This document shows positions 18,684 through 29,400 of a stretch of DNA of 64,000 nt, in pieces. Within the stretch, counting starts at the first letter, position 1; each line of letters begins with the position of its first letter. Source of the stretch: Promethearchaeota archaeon (lineage in GTDB: Archaea > Asgardarchaeota > Lokiarchaeia > Sigyniarchaeales > SOKP01); assembly GCA_016839765.1 (NCBI GenBank), contig JAEOTP010000012.1, positions 96,001 through 160,000 on the forward strand, given 5' to 3'. Position numbers and translations under genes: made by a program. Under the pieces are notes generated by a model. That model was given only the letters and a program-made list of their open reading frames with translations, was not told where the DNA came from and ran no database searches.

Positions 18684-21659
18684 TTAAAATGTTTGCCTAA
18701 AGATATCCATAATCGTTTGCCTACTCAGCCGTATTAATATTATGTACATACCTATAAATCCTACTAATATTGAGATGAAATAAACTCTTAATAATACATC
18801 AACTGGCACCTCAAAAACGATTGGCATCTCTGTCATTAAGCCTAGATTCGTTTCTAGCAAATAAGCGCAATACGTTCCAATTATTGTCCCCATTGTTCCG
18901 CTGGATAGCATTAAAATCATACTTTCTATAAGGAATAATTTCCTAACATTTTTAACTTTCATTCCGACAGACCTTAAAATACCAATTTCAAATTTTCTTT
19001 CAAGCATTACTGCATACATAGAACTGATTAGGCCAAAGACGGCAATAGCAATAGCGAACCAATTAATAACCTCCATTAAGGTACTTTGCCGCTCATACAT
19101 ATCATTAAGAAAGATTATTTTCGAGATAGCATCATCTATAAAAAAATCTTTATCTTGATATGTGGATTGAATCTCTTCTTTAGTTTCTTCAATGCTTCCT
19201 TCAGAATCATCTAGTAGATTGATAAAAATTTTATCTACTGTCATATCTGGGCTTCCTGGATTTTCAATATCCATTAATCGCATATAATTCTCCAAAGAAA
19301 CAATAATTCCGCTCCCTGCAGCCATTGAGACAGAACTTCTAATATTCCAGAACCCTGGAATTCCACCAGAAATTCCAGCAACCGTAAAACTTAAAGGATC
19401 TCTCACTTGGTCCCCCTTTTCATTCCCAGTTTCATTCTCATAAAAAGAAATCAATATTTTTTCGCCAATCTCTTTAATCCCAAGAACAGTTGCGAGTGAT
19501 CCTGAGATAATACACGTATCATTATGATTAAAAAGTTGATTGAAAGAATATTCGTTTCCACTTCCTGGACTATTCCAAATGATAAGATTTTTATCTACTA
19601 AATCAATAAAATCTTCTTCAATTCCAATAAGACCAACTTCAAACTCTTCAAAAACAATCAGATCTGAGGCCCTCGTTTTATATTTCCTTTCTGATTGTTC
19701 TGAATAAAATTCAAAAACATTTAGAAAAGCTTCGTTTAGTGATTCTTCATCAAACATTCCTCCTTCACTAAAGTCATAGATTACTGATAAAACTGATGTT
19801 ATATCAAACATATTATACAGCGTTATTGCTACGTCATCTACACCTGGAAGAATCTTAATTTCCTCTGCCATTTCTGAAGTAACAGCATTGGGGTCCCCTT
19901 CTAATCCTTGATTAATTAAAACTAGATCTGAGCCATATTGGAATCTTAAATTTAATGACATATTTTCAGACTCCATCTCAGTTACACTAGTTATAAAGAA
20001 GATAAATGAAAAGCTAATTGCAAACATAACTATAGTGCTTGTATTACGTCTTCTATTGCGCTTTAAAGAAATTTTTATAATATTAGCATATTTTCTTATT
20101 GTAGGTTTAATAAGTCCAAGGAATATTTGTTGAATTAGAGGAACAATTCCAACTGACGCAAAAACAAAACCAATTAGGATAGCACCTAGCAATCCGATAA
20201 ATAATCCCGCAATTAACATAAAATCACCACTAACGAATACAGTAGGTAAAAGAACGAAAACTACCATACCAATTGTGGCAATAGAGATTCCTACAAGAAA
20301 ACTTTTAACATTAATACTTCCTTCTTTCTTAACTTCCCATCCTTCTTCCTTTGCATGAAAGGGAGTAATTGATTTTATTAAATTCATTTTAGCAGTCTTA
20401 AGAGCGGGTAATACAGAAACACCTAAGGCGCCACCAGCTCCTATTGAGAACGCAAGAAGAATTGTTTGAGGTTGAATAATATATTCTACATTTTGCAATG
20501 GAAAACCAGTCACTACGAATAAAAAATTAATTATGGGAGGAGTAAATATCAGTCCTATAATAATTCCTAAAAGTGAACCGATGGTTCCGATTAAAGCACC
20601 TTCAAACACAACCACTTTAACAGGAAAAGTCTTTTTCCCACCAACTACTCGAAGAATTCCGTATTCGCGAACTCTTTCTTCAGTTGAGGTTGATAATATT
20701 GAGTTTATCAATATCCCCGTAATAAGCATACCAATAATCGTAATGAACCAAAAAATAACAGTCATAGCAATTAGCATGAATTCTTCAGCACCTATTTCTT
20801 CAAGTTTAGGCAGTGAAACACTAAATTCATTTATATCTAAATTAGATTGTATAAGTGTACCAATTTCTCGTAATTTTTTCTTAGTTTCATCAATATTTCG
20901 TATATCATATATTCTCTCGGGGTTTTCTAAGGTACCATAAATGAAATTGATTTCCTTTTTTCCTGTTACAAGAAAAGACTGTGCTTGCTGTAGATTAACT
21001 AATATCAATGACTTTTCTAAATCTGTGAACTTTAAATCTTGTTCACAAATCGCGACAACTTCTAAATTAATATCATCTAAATATTCTAGATGGATAAAAT
21101 CACCTATAGTCAAATTCATTAAGTCAGCAACTCTCCATAAGATCACACACTGTCCATTAGCAGGTTCGTCTAAATAACGGCTTCCAGTTTTAAGTCCATT
21201 TTCATCAACTAATGCTAAATCTCCCATGTGACCATTACTAGCCTCTTTTAAAAAATCTAAGCCATACAATTGTAAAGTTGAATTTGTAGAAGATTTATTT
21301 GAAGATGCTCGGACTAGCATCATTATCCTTGGGAAGAATTCTTCAACCCCTTCAATGTCTTGTAAATCATTATTTATGATGTCTTCATCAAAGTAAGGAC
21401 TAAAACTAATATCTGTCTGTATTCTTTTAGAAATCATAATATCAGCATTTCCAGTACTACTGGTTATTATTTGCATGTAATTATATGACATTGTATCATT
21501 TACCATCCCAATTGCAGTTAATAAAACGATTGAGATCATAATTCCTAATATAGCAAATATTGCTTTTGCGCGATCTCTCTTTAAATTAAGCCATGTATGC
21601 TTTATGAATTGGAGTTTAAACTTATTCCTAATTTTATATAACGTTCTTTTTAATCCCAA
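18684..21659 (-). CDS. Internally duplicated MacB/FtsX-type ABC permease (permease B)
   Basis: Two repeats of TM - large extracytoplasmic domain - 3 TM, with FtsX motifs EERVREYGILRVVG and ERKFEIGILRSVG. TTG start. Confidence 0.9.
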   Translation of the reverse strand: MGLKRTLYKIRNKFKLQFIKHTWLNLKRDRAKAIFAILGIMISIVLLTAIGMVNDTMSYNYMQIITSSTGNADIMISKRIQTDISFSPYFDEDIINNDLQDIEGVEEFFPRIMMLVRASSNKSSTNSTLQLYGLDFLKEASNGHMGDLALVDENGLKTGSRYLDEPANGQCVILWRVADLMNLTIGDFIHLEYLDDINLEVVAICEQDLKFTDLEKSLILVNLQQAQSFLVTGKKEINFIYGTLENPERIYDIRNIDETKKKLREIGTLIQSNLDINEFSVSLPKLEEIGAEEFMLIAMTVIFWFITIIGMLITGILINSILSTSTEERVREYGILRVVGGKKTFPVKVVVFEGALIGTIGSLLGIIIGLIFTPPIINFLFVVTGFPLQNVEYIIQPQTILLAFSIGAGGALGVSVLPALKTAKMNLIKSITPFHAKEEGWEVKKEGSINVKSFLVGISIATIGMVVFVLLPTVFVSGDFMLIAGLFIGLLGAILIGFVFASVGIVPLIQQIFLGLIKPTIRKYANIIKISLKRNRRRNTSTIVMFAISFSFIFFITSVTEMESENMSLNLRFQYGSDLVLINQGLEGDPNAVTSEMAEEIKILPGVDDVAITLYNMFDITSVLSVIYDFSEGGMFDEESLNEAFLNVFEFYSEQSERKYKTRASDLIVFEEFEVGLIGIEEDFIDLVDKNLIIWNSPGSGNEYSFNQLFNHNDTCIISGSLATVLGIKEIGEKILISFYENETGNEKGDQVRDPLSFTVAGISGGIPGFWNIRSSVSMAAGSGIIVSLENYMRLMDIENPGSPDMTVDKIFINLLDDSEGSIEETKEEIQSTYQDKDFFIDDAISKIIFLNDMYERQSTLMEVINWFAIAIAVFGLISSMYAVMLERKFEIGILRSVGMKVKNVRKLFLIESMILMLSSGTMGTIIGTYCAYLLETNLGLMTEMPIVFEVPVDVLLRVYFISILVGFIGMYIILIRLSRQTIMDIFRQTF

Positions 21660-21692
21660 CTTATCACTTCAAATTTTAATTTTTTTATTAAT

Positions 21693-24600
21693 TTAATCTA
21701 ATATACTGAATTTATTTCTTTTTCGATCAAATTTTCGAAGAATAATACCCTCATTTTCCAATATTTCCTTTATATCTTCCCCCTCTCTTCTAAATAATCT
21801 AATATTTTTGCAGGTTTTACTTTTACAATAATAATCCTCAGCGGGTTCATCTTTAAAATACCACTTATTACAATTTATGCAATTATAGGCGGCATAAATC
21901 TGATCATGTTCACAAATAGGACATATATAATCGAATTTATTTGATTCAAACCATGATTTACAAAATTTACAATAAAGTATTAGAGGTCTACTCCTTTCTT
22001 CCTCTAATTTAACTAATTCAACCATTCTCATTTTCTGAATTTTATCAAGTCCAATTTTTTCAGTGCTTATTTTCTTAATTTTTTCTTTCCAAATCCTTCT
22101 TTTCTTTTTAGCTATTTTATAAATGATAAAACCAAAAATAATTAAACTTAGAAAAACCACTACCCAAGGTCCCCAAGTGCGCCAGTTAAAAAATCCATTT
22201 TGCACGACTACACTAATAGTTGCATCCTCTCTATTCCCCTCTTTATCAAAAGCGGTTACTGTTATCTCGTGTTTTCCATCAGAGTAATAAGTAGTATCCC
22301 AATTATATTCTAAAATTCCTGTATCTCTGTCAAAACTATATAATTGTCTCTCTACAAGTACTCCATCTAAATAGATATAAATCCTTGAGCTATCTAAGTT
22401 AATATTATCCGACAAATTTGCTTTTATGGTATAAATTGAACTTACAGTCTGTTGATTTAATGGGCTAATAATGTAAACATTTGGATTTATAAAATCTGTT
22501 GTTTCATCATAACCAATATATATATTTGATAAAAGCCATCCATATCCTAGAAGAGTCGTCTCATCATCAGAATTTACGGTAAACATAACCATAATTATTT
22601 CATCCGTATATTCGGAGAGATCTATAGACTCATTCCCTGATATTTCAGAATAATATTCTTTTAAAATAATCCAATTTTCTCCATAATCTATTGACAAGGA
22701 GATAATACAACTATCTAAGTCTTCTTGTAGATCAATTTCATAATCAAATTTTAAATAGCAATTATATTCACCTCTTAGATATAGTGGATATGTAATTAAT
22801 TTCGCATCCCAGTTTGGTCCATATCCTTGATATATACTTTTATAACTATTTCCTCTACCTCCATAAATATAATCTTGTTGATATCGTTTAATCGGATGCC
22901 ATGTATTATCTCCATTAAACCAAGCAGTATTTTCTTTAGGATTTGGGGTTCCTACAACATAATAATCTGTCATAATATTGCTTGAAAATCGAAATCCAAT
23001 CAATTTACCGCTAGAATTTAAATTAAATTGGTAAGGTATAGGATTAATGAAACTAAAGAGGGTGTTGTTAACATTGAACCATTCGGTAGAATTAATATGT
23101 ATGCCATCAGATGCATGAAATCTAAAAGTATGGTTATCAATCTCGCCTAATAATAATGATCTGGCAAATTTAATATTTAAACTAGAATTCCAATGTCCAA
23201 ACACGTTATACATTGAATAATTAGCTCCATCCATTTCGATATATACAAAATCTGGGTAATCATTATCCCTATCAAAATACTCGCAAGAAAAACCAAATTT
23301 TTCGAATTTTGAACCATTAAATGAGGAAATATTCTGGCTTAAATCAAAATAGATGCGAGGGGTATATAAATTTGTATAATTTGTTAGTTCAAAACAATCC
23401 AGCATGAGCCCCTTGTAATTCACAGGGTCAGAATTATTATTCAAAAATGAAGTGAATCTGAATTGAATAAAATTTCCAATATATTCGGTTAAATTAAATT
23501 CTTCAATATGCCATTCTCTTTCTTCATTAGTAAATATTCTTAGTGTAATCCAATTCGTCCAATTCAAACCGATTTCTAAGATTATTAAATCTCCTATATT
23601 AATACTTGTTCTCAATCCAAATTTAGCATAGGGTGTCGTAAGATTCTCATTTAATTGAGTTAAATCAAATAGTGGACTAAGTAATGTTCCATCTGGATAA
23701 GGTTCTGTAATTAAAGAAGGTTGATATGAATAATTCATTGGATAATTATGGAATGCACCAAAATATATAGACGTCCAATTATTTTCATAACTATTGGCGC
23801 GATTATCAACAGAATTATATTGTTTTAACAGCCCCCATCCTGTACCATTAAAAGTCCAATTTCCCAAGCTAGTGTTAAAACTATGATAATTTGGAAACTT
23901 TTCAGAGTCGTAGGGATATTCTATGAGAATAGAAAATTCACCGATTTCGGGGTATCTTGTTGTATGCGAGCCATCACTTGCAATAAAATAATAATGGTAA
24001 GTCATAGGAACTGGTAATTTAAGGTAGTCGCTAATAAACAACGCTCCATTCATATAATTATTATCCGACTCATTATCTTGAGATAATGAGTAATTCATAG
24101 AGAGTTCGATAATCGATACATATACTTCTTGAGGTGGGACGTTAGCTGAGTCATTATCAAAATAGTTAATATAGAACCGATAACTATCAATCGAATAATT
24201 CTTAGGACGATAACTCCCTGAATACTCTTGAAATCCCATGACTGTAGTATTTTTACTTTTGGTATCTCCAGAATATAAAATCTCAGGAGTTTCTAATTGA
24301 GGCGCATAACTGTTATTGACAATTGAAACTTTTAAACTAAAATTAACATAACCATTAATAGCTTTTACCACAATAATAGATTCGGTTTGACTCTGCTTAG
24401 GAGTAAAATAAAATGAACTTGAATTACTATAATGTAGTATGATTGGCTCTCCATTCCCCTTAGATTCATTTGAAAATAAGAATAGATCAAAATCTCCTGT
24501 TGTGTCCTTACTTGTAATATTAAAAAGGTATTGTTTATCTGGCTTCAAAACTACTCTTCTTGCGAAAGCATGCTTAGCGAGGGGATTTTCTTGTGAACTA

Positions 24601-26399
24601 TATAAATAATCGCTAATTGAAGTATTTACATTTAAATATTTCGTCAAAGCATCAATGGCCACCTGAAGATTAATTCTACCATACCCTTCATGTTCATCTT
24701 TTATACGGCTTAAATTTCCTGAAAAACTTGTAGGGGAACGTTGACTCTCATCAACACTAGTTAGAGGATCATTCTCTCTTTGGAGATTGGTTTCAGATGC
24801 TGTCATTAATAGAGTTGATTTGATAATTCCTTCTCTTTCATGGGGATCTTGATTCTCCCATCCATTCCAATCACCCCATATTGCTTCAATTAAAACATTT
24901 GTAGCAGCAGATACTATAGCTGTAGATATAGAAGTTCCAAATGCTGAAGTTGTTGAATTAGATTTAGGATCTGCGCTAATTATCGTCCTATGGTTTTTTA
25001 ATTTACTACCACCGGGAGCAAGAATATCTATCTGTTGCCCTATTCCACTATAGGAAGTAATTTGATCATTATCATTGATAGCTCCTACAACTATAGCATC
25101 ATTTGCTATAGCCAGTTTATTCAAAGTTGATTGTGTACTCGATACACCTCTATTTCCCGCAGCAATAATTACAATGATCCCATTTTTAATAACATCATCT
25201 ATTACCTTATTGATGGCCCCAAAATTATCTCCAAAAGTACCAATGCTTAAACAAGTACTTACAATATGGTGTTTACTTCTATTTTGGATTATGCTTCCTA
25301 AAGCAGAAATTAAATCAGAAACATACCCCTTGCCCGTTTCATTAACTATTTTATACGCTAAGATTTTAGAACTATTTGCAATACCTGTATAGTGATTATT
25401 ATTTTTTACATAAAATTCTGGAAAAAATAAAGCACTCGAATTAAAAGTGAATATTGGAAATTTATTGGTTTTATGGTATTTAATATAAAGATCATAGACA
25501 CCTAAACCACTCTCAGAAACTTGATGTATTATTACATTCCTTTGAGTAGGAATAACATTGCTAGAAGAATTGACTAAAATATTATCACAGTATAATTCAA
25601 ACCAAAATCCATCAATCCCATCTTTTAATATATTCCATGATGAATTTAAGATAATTTTTGAATTGATTTTAGACGTATTAAAGGAGAAAACTTTTATGGT
25701 AAAATTGTTTGGGCTTGGATCAGATCCAAATAAATCTAAATGGGAATAGTTGCCATAGAGATTTACCATGGAAGGAGTGCTTGAATTGTACAAATCAGAA
25801 CCCGTGCCCGTAATAATGGATGAAATTAATGTCCCATGGCCAAAATCATCTGAAATTGATTTATCATCAATAAAGCTCTGCCAACCAGAAATTTTATCTT
25901 TTAAAAAAATGTGATTCAAGTTTACGCCACTATCTAAAACTGCAATAGAAGAATCTGTGTTTCCAGTATAACCATTAAGGTACCAAGTTGAATTCTTTGC
26001 TCCCGTTTGAAAACTAGCATAATTCATCTGGGTTTCAATTATTTCATCTATTTCAATATTTATATCAGGAAATTCATTTCTAAAGAGAGTAATGTTCTCG
26101 TTAGGTATAATACCAGCAAAACCAGATATTGAACTAAATATATTATTCCAGTCATTTTCAGGTTTCACTACTCCTCCATAATATTCAAACCTTAATTTGA
26201 CATTTTGATTGTATGAGGATTGATTGAAGAAAACAATGATCTTTTCTTTATTTGTATCCGAAATTTGAACTTCAAATTTTTCTTCACTATAATCGAAAAA
26301 ATCAGATGCAGAATATAGATTAAGATATAATACCAAAAACCCTAGATTTGAAAATATAATTAATATTAATAAAATAACACCATTTAGCTTCTTTTTCAG
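21693..26399 (-). CDS. Membrane-anchored multidomain S8 (subtilisin-like) protease with cytoplasmic zinc-ribbon tail; proposed CTG start at 26399 (track start 26336)
   Basis: Triad AVLDSG / DDFGHGT / FGTSIS, oxyanion AAGN and GYGRIN. These are followed by repeated beta-rich modules, an Ig-like domain (WDTTYYSDGKHEITVTAFDKEGN), a TM (WGPWVVVFLSLIIFGFIIY) and CKFC, CPIC, CINC, CKSKTC. The frame is open upstream to 26408, and CTG adds the signal peptide MKKKLNGVILLILIIFSNLGFLVLY. Confidence 0.88.
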   Translation of the reverse strand: MKKKLNGVILLILIIFSNLGFLVLYLNLYSASDFFDYSEEKFEVQISDTNKEKIIVFFNQSSYNQNVKLRFEYYGGVVKPENDWNNIFSSISGFAGIIPNENITLFRNEFPDINIEIDEIIETQMNYASFQTGAKNSTWYLNGYTGNTDSSIAVLDSGVNLNHIFLKDKISGWQSFIDDKSISDDFGHGTLISSIITGTGSDLYNSSTPSMVNLYGNYSHLDLFGSDPSPNNFTIKVFSFNTSKINSKIILNSSWNILKDGIDGFWFELYCDNILVNSSSNVIPTQRNVIIHQVSESGLGVYDLYIKYHKTNKFPIFTFNSSALFFPEFYVKNNNHYTGIANSSKILAYKIVNETGKGYVSDLISALGSIIQNRSKHHIVSTCLSIGTFGDNFGAINKVIDDVIKNGIIVIIAAGNRGVSSTQSTLNKLAIANDAIVVGAINDNDQITSYSGIGQQIDILAPGGSKLKNHRTIISADPKSNSTTSAFGTSISTAIVSAATNVLIEAIWGDWNGWENQDPHEREGIIKSTLLMTASETNLQRENDPLTSVDESQRSPTSFSGNLSRIKDEHEGYGRINLQVAIDALTKYLNVNTSISDYLYSSQENPLAKHAFARRVVLKPDKQYLFNITSKDTTGDFDLFLFSNESKGNGEPIILHYSNSSSFYFTPKQSQTESIIVVKAINGYVNFSLKVSIVNNSYAPQLETPEILYSGDTKSKNTTVMGFQEYSGSYRPKNYSIDSYRFYINYFDNDSANVPPQEVYVSIIELSMNYSLSQDNESDNNYMNGALFISDYLKLPVPMTYHYYFIASDGSHTTRYPEIGEFSILIEYPYDSEKFPNYHSFNTSLGNWTFNGTGWGLLKQYNSVDNRANSYENNWTSIYFGAFHNYPMNYSYQPSLITEPYPDGTLLSPLFDLTQLNENLTTPYAKFGLRTSINIGDLIILEIGLNWTNWITLRIFTNEEREWHIEEFNLTEYIGNFIQFRFTSFLNNNSDPVNYKGLMLDCFELTNYTNLYTPRIYFDLSQNISSFNGSKFEKFGFSCEYFDRDNDYPDFVYIEMDGANYSMYNVFGHWNSSLNIKFARSLLLGEIDNHTFRFHASDGIHINSTEWFNVNNTLFSFINPIPYQFNLNSSGKLIGFRFSSNIMTDYYVVGTPNPKENTAWFNGDNTWHPIKRYQQDYIYGGRGNSYKSIYQGYGPNWDAKLITYPLYLRGEYNCYLKFDYEIDLQEDLDSCIISLSIDYGENWIILKEYYSEISGNESIDLSEYTDEIIMVMFTVNSDDETTLLGYGWLLSNIYIGYDETTDFINPNVYIISPLNQQTVSSIYTIKANLSDNINLDSSRIYIYLDGVLVERQLYSFDRDTGILEYNWDTTYYSDGKHEITVTAFDKEGNREDATISVVVQNGFFNWRTWGPWVVVFLSLIIFGFIIYKIAKKKRRIWKEKIKKISTEKIGLDKIQKMRMVELVKLEEERSRPLILYCKFCKSWFESNKFDYICPICEHDQIYAAYNCINCNKWYFKDEPAEDYYCKSKTCKNIRLFRREGEDIKEILENEGIILRKFDRKRNKFSILD

Positions 26400-26404
26400 T
26401 GTCT

Positions 26405-29400
26405 TTATTCACCTCCTCTGTTGTTTGTACTATTATCTATCACTTTAGGAATCTTATCTTTTTCCTGATCTAGTTTTGTTAACTGTTCTTTTAGTGTATT
26501 TTCGATTTTAAGAATTGATTCTCGCGGTCCTTTTTTAAAAAGCACCATCTCACTTCTTTGAATTTCATGCTTCTTTGTTCTATATTTACGAGTCCGCCAG
26601 AGAAAGTATGTCAAAATTAATAATGAAACCAAAGAGGGAATAAAAATGAAATAAACTTGAATTCTCGTAGGAATTATAATCTTTACATTAATTTGGTTTG
26701 AAATTTCTTTAGTTTTTGATAAAAAATAATAATCTATACTTGCTGGTTTTAAGGTAACTAGTGATTGAGTTTTTGATTTAATTTTATATGAAATCGATAT
26801 ATTTTCATTAGCTTCAAGATGGTCAATCATTTTAATTAAATTCCCTTCAATAAGCTTAAATTCTATTTGATTAAAACTAATTATGTCACTTAATGTAACA
26901 TTTTTTATACAAATTGTTCCTGTATTTACAACAGTAACGTTTACCGTAATAATATCTCCAACTTCTATTTGATTTTGGCTCACAGATTTAGAGATTAAGA
27001 ATGAAATGTTTCCTAACACAATTGGAGTTGAAGATAAAATTTGAAAGATTCTGTTATCTTTATTATCAATATAAGCAATAGAAGGATAATAATACCCTTT
27101 CCACTCATTCTTTTTTAAAGTAAAATTGAGAGTCCTTATATTATTAAATTCAATATTTTTAAGACTCAAGGAATGGTTAGGACTAGCATAAATAAGATCA
27201 CCAAACTGATCCCCTAGAGTAAAATTAATTTCCTCTATAGAAAAAGTAGATGGTCCGACATTTTTTAAGTTTAGAGATAAATTAAATAAATCTCCAATTG
27301 AGGGTGCCAAGTTTGAGGAGTTGAGATAAATCTCTAGAGCATGAACAAAAGGAAAATAATCATAATAATCAACTAAGGCAGATAAATAGACTTCATTAGG
27401 TTTTGCATTTAGCTCACTACTATTAAGATTAGCAATTAACTGGGTATCCTTGTAAATAATTACGGTGGAAAATATGGACTCAGAATTAGGGACGTAGAAC
27501 GTGAAACTAATCTCTTTTTCTTCTAATGGGGCAAGTTTAGGTAAGAAATAGTTTAAATAATTATCTTTGATAGTAAAATTATTATTATCTTGTATGATCC
27601 CTGGAATTAAGATCGAAATATTTACATCTTGGGCAATATTGGTACCTATATTTTGAAAATGTAACGTATATGTATTCAAATCCCCCACTCTTAAATTATA
27701 ATTACTTAATTGCGAAAATGCTATGATGGAACTCATATTATGAGTGCTAAGTGAAATAGAATTAGATCTTTTAACATATTGAACATTACCTGTCATTGAT
27801 GAGTATAATATTCTTGAACCTTGCCCTTTATATTCGTTTATATCCCGATAAGAAAAATGAATATTAAAGTCATTAATTGAAACATTAAATACATTTGAAT
27901 CCATTCCTCTTATTTTAACAATAATAGTATAATTATTTGGAGCATATGGGTCAAAAATCCAATCTAATTTTCCATTTTTATTTGTAAAGGAGAAGGTAGA
28001 AGTATCATTTACACTAGAAGTTAGAAAAGGCTCAAGATCTTGATACTGTTCAATGGAATAATTAAAGATTTCAAAATTTAATAAGTTTAAGGGGTCTGTA
28101 TAATTTATCGTAATTGATATACTTTCCAAAGTATAATTAATTAAATCTATATTAGTTAGATTTTGAAAAAGGAAACTAACCTCCAATTCATGCTGATTAA
28201 TATATTTCTCTTCTGATTCTATAATCCAACTTTCATTATCATTAGTTAATGCCATATAAGGATTTGTATCCATAATCGAAAATCCAGAAATTATAGCAGG
28301 TAAATTTGGAAAGGATTCCTTAATTGTAAAGTTATATTGATAGAATTCAGTATATGAATCAAAAGCATCTACTGAAAAATTAGAATAAATATATGAAATC
28401 TTTTCTCCTGGTTTTAATTTCCAGTTTTCCTCATTCCAAATACTATAAGTATTTGTAAAAAGTTCTTGTAATTCATCTAGTTCAAATAATAATAAATCAT
28501 CGTAAATAGAATTAGTAGTGAAGGTATCAGCCAAAACGTCATCAGCATTTTTATTGTAGGGCCATAAATTTGAAATATTGTTTATGTTTGGATAATATCT
28601 ATCAATTAATCCTAAACCTTGAGTATCAAAATAAAAGATCCGTGGATCTTTATCATAATTAAAAAAATCTTCTAAAGAATGGTATTGGTTTGGATATAAT
28701 TTATTTACTGAATCCCACAAGTCATCTTTAAAATCATTAGCATCAACTAATGGGTATGTGATAATACTAAGAATATCATCAAGATTTAAAGGAAATCGCG
28801 TTGGAACACCCCAACATGTTTCGTTTCCAATGTTCTCTGCAGTGATATTAAATGAAAAATCTTTAAATACTCCGAATGAAGCATTTTCATTTACTAATTC
28901 CTTTTTAATCATTATATTAGGTTCAGATGTATTGATAAGATAAGTTACAATAAAGTCTTGGATTGGGTCGAATATTCCAGTCGGAATACCTGGAAGACCT
29001 TGAACTCCCAAAATGGGCAAGAAATTAATAAAATCAGTAGAATCGTCTAAATTTACAGGTTTAATATAGTTTTGTTTTATTCCACCTTTATCAACCCAAA
29101 ACAATTCAAAAGTATAGTCTCTTACAGTATCTAGATCGAAATCAACACCCGCATAAAATAATATCAATTCTATTTGCTCTAATAAAAAATCATATAAATC
29201 AAAATACTTGGGGGTGGCATCAATAATATCAGTACATAATATAGTAATATCTATTTCACTCATAAAAGCTCCTGCTAATGCTATGAATATTTTCTCACTT
29301 GGCCGCAATGCATCTCCACTATAATTTAATGCATTCCATAAATTAAAGCTATATTGGTTTATACCATCCTTCTGAATAGCTTCCTCTAAACCTTCATATT

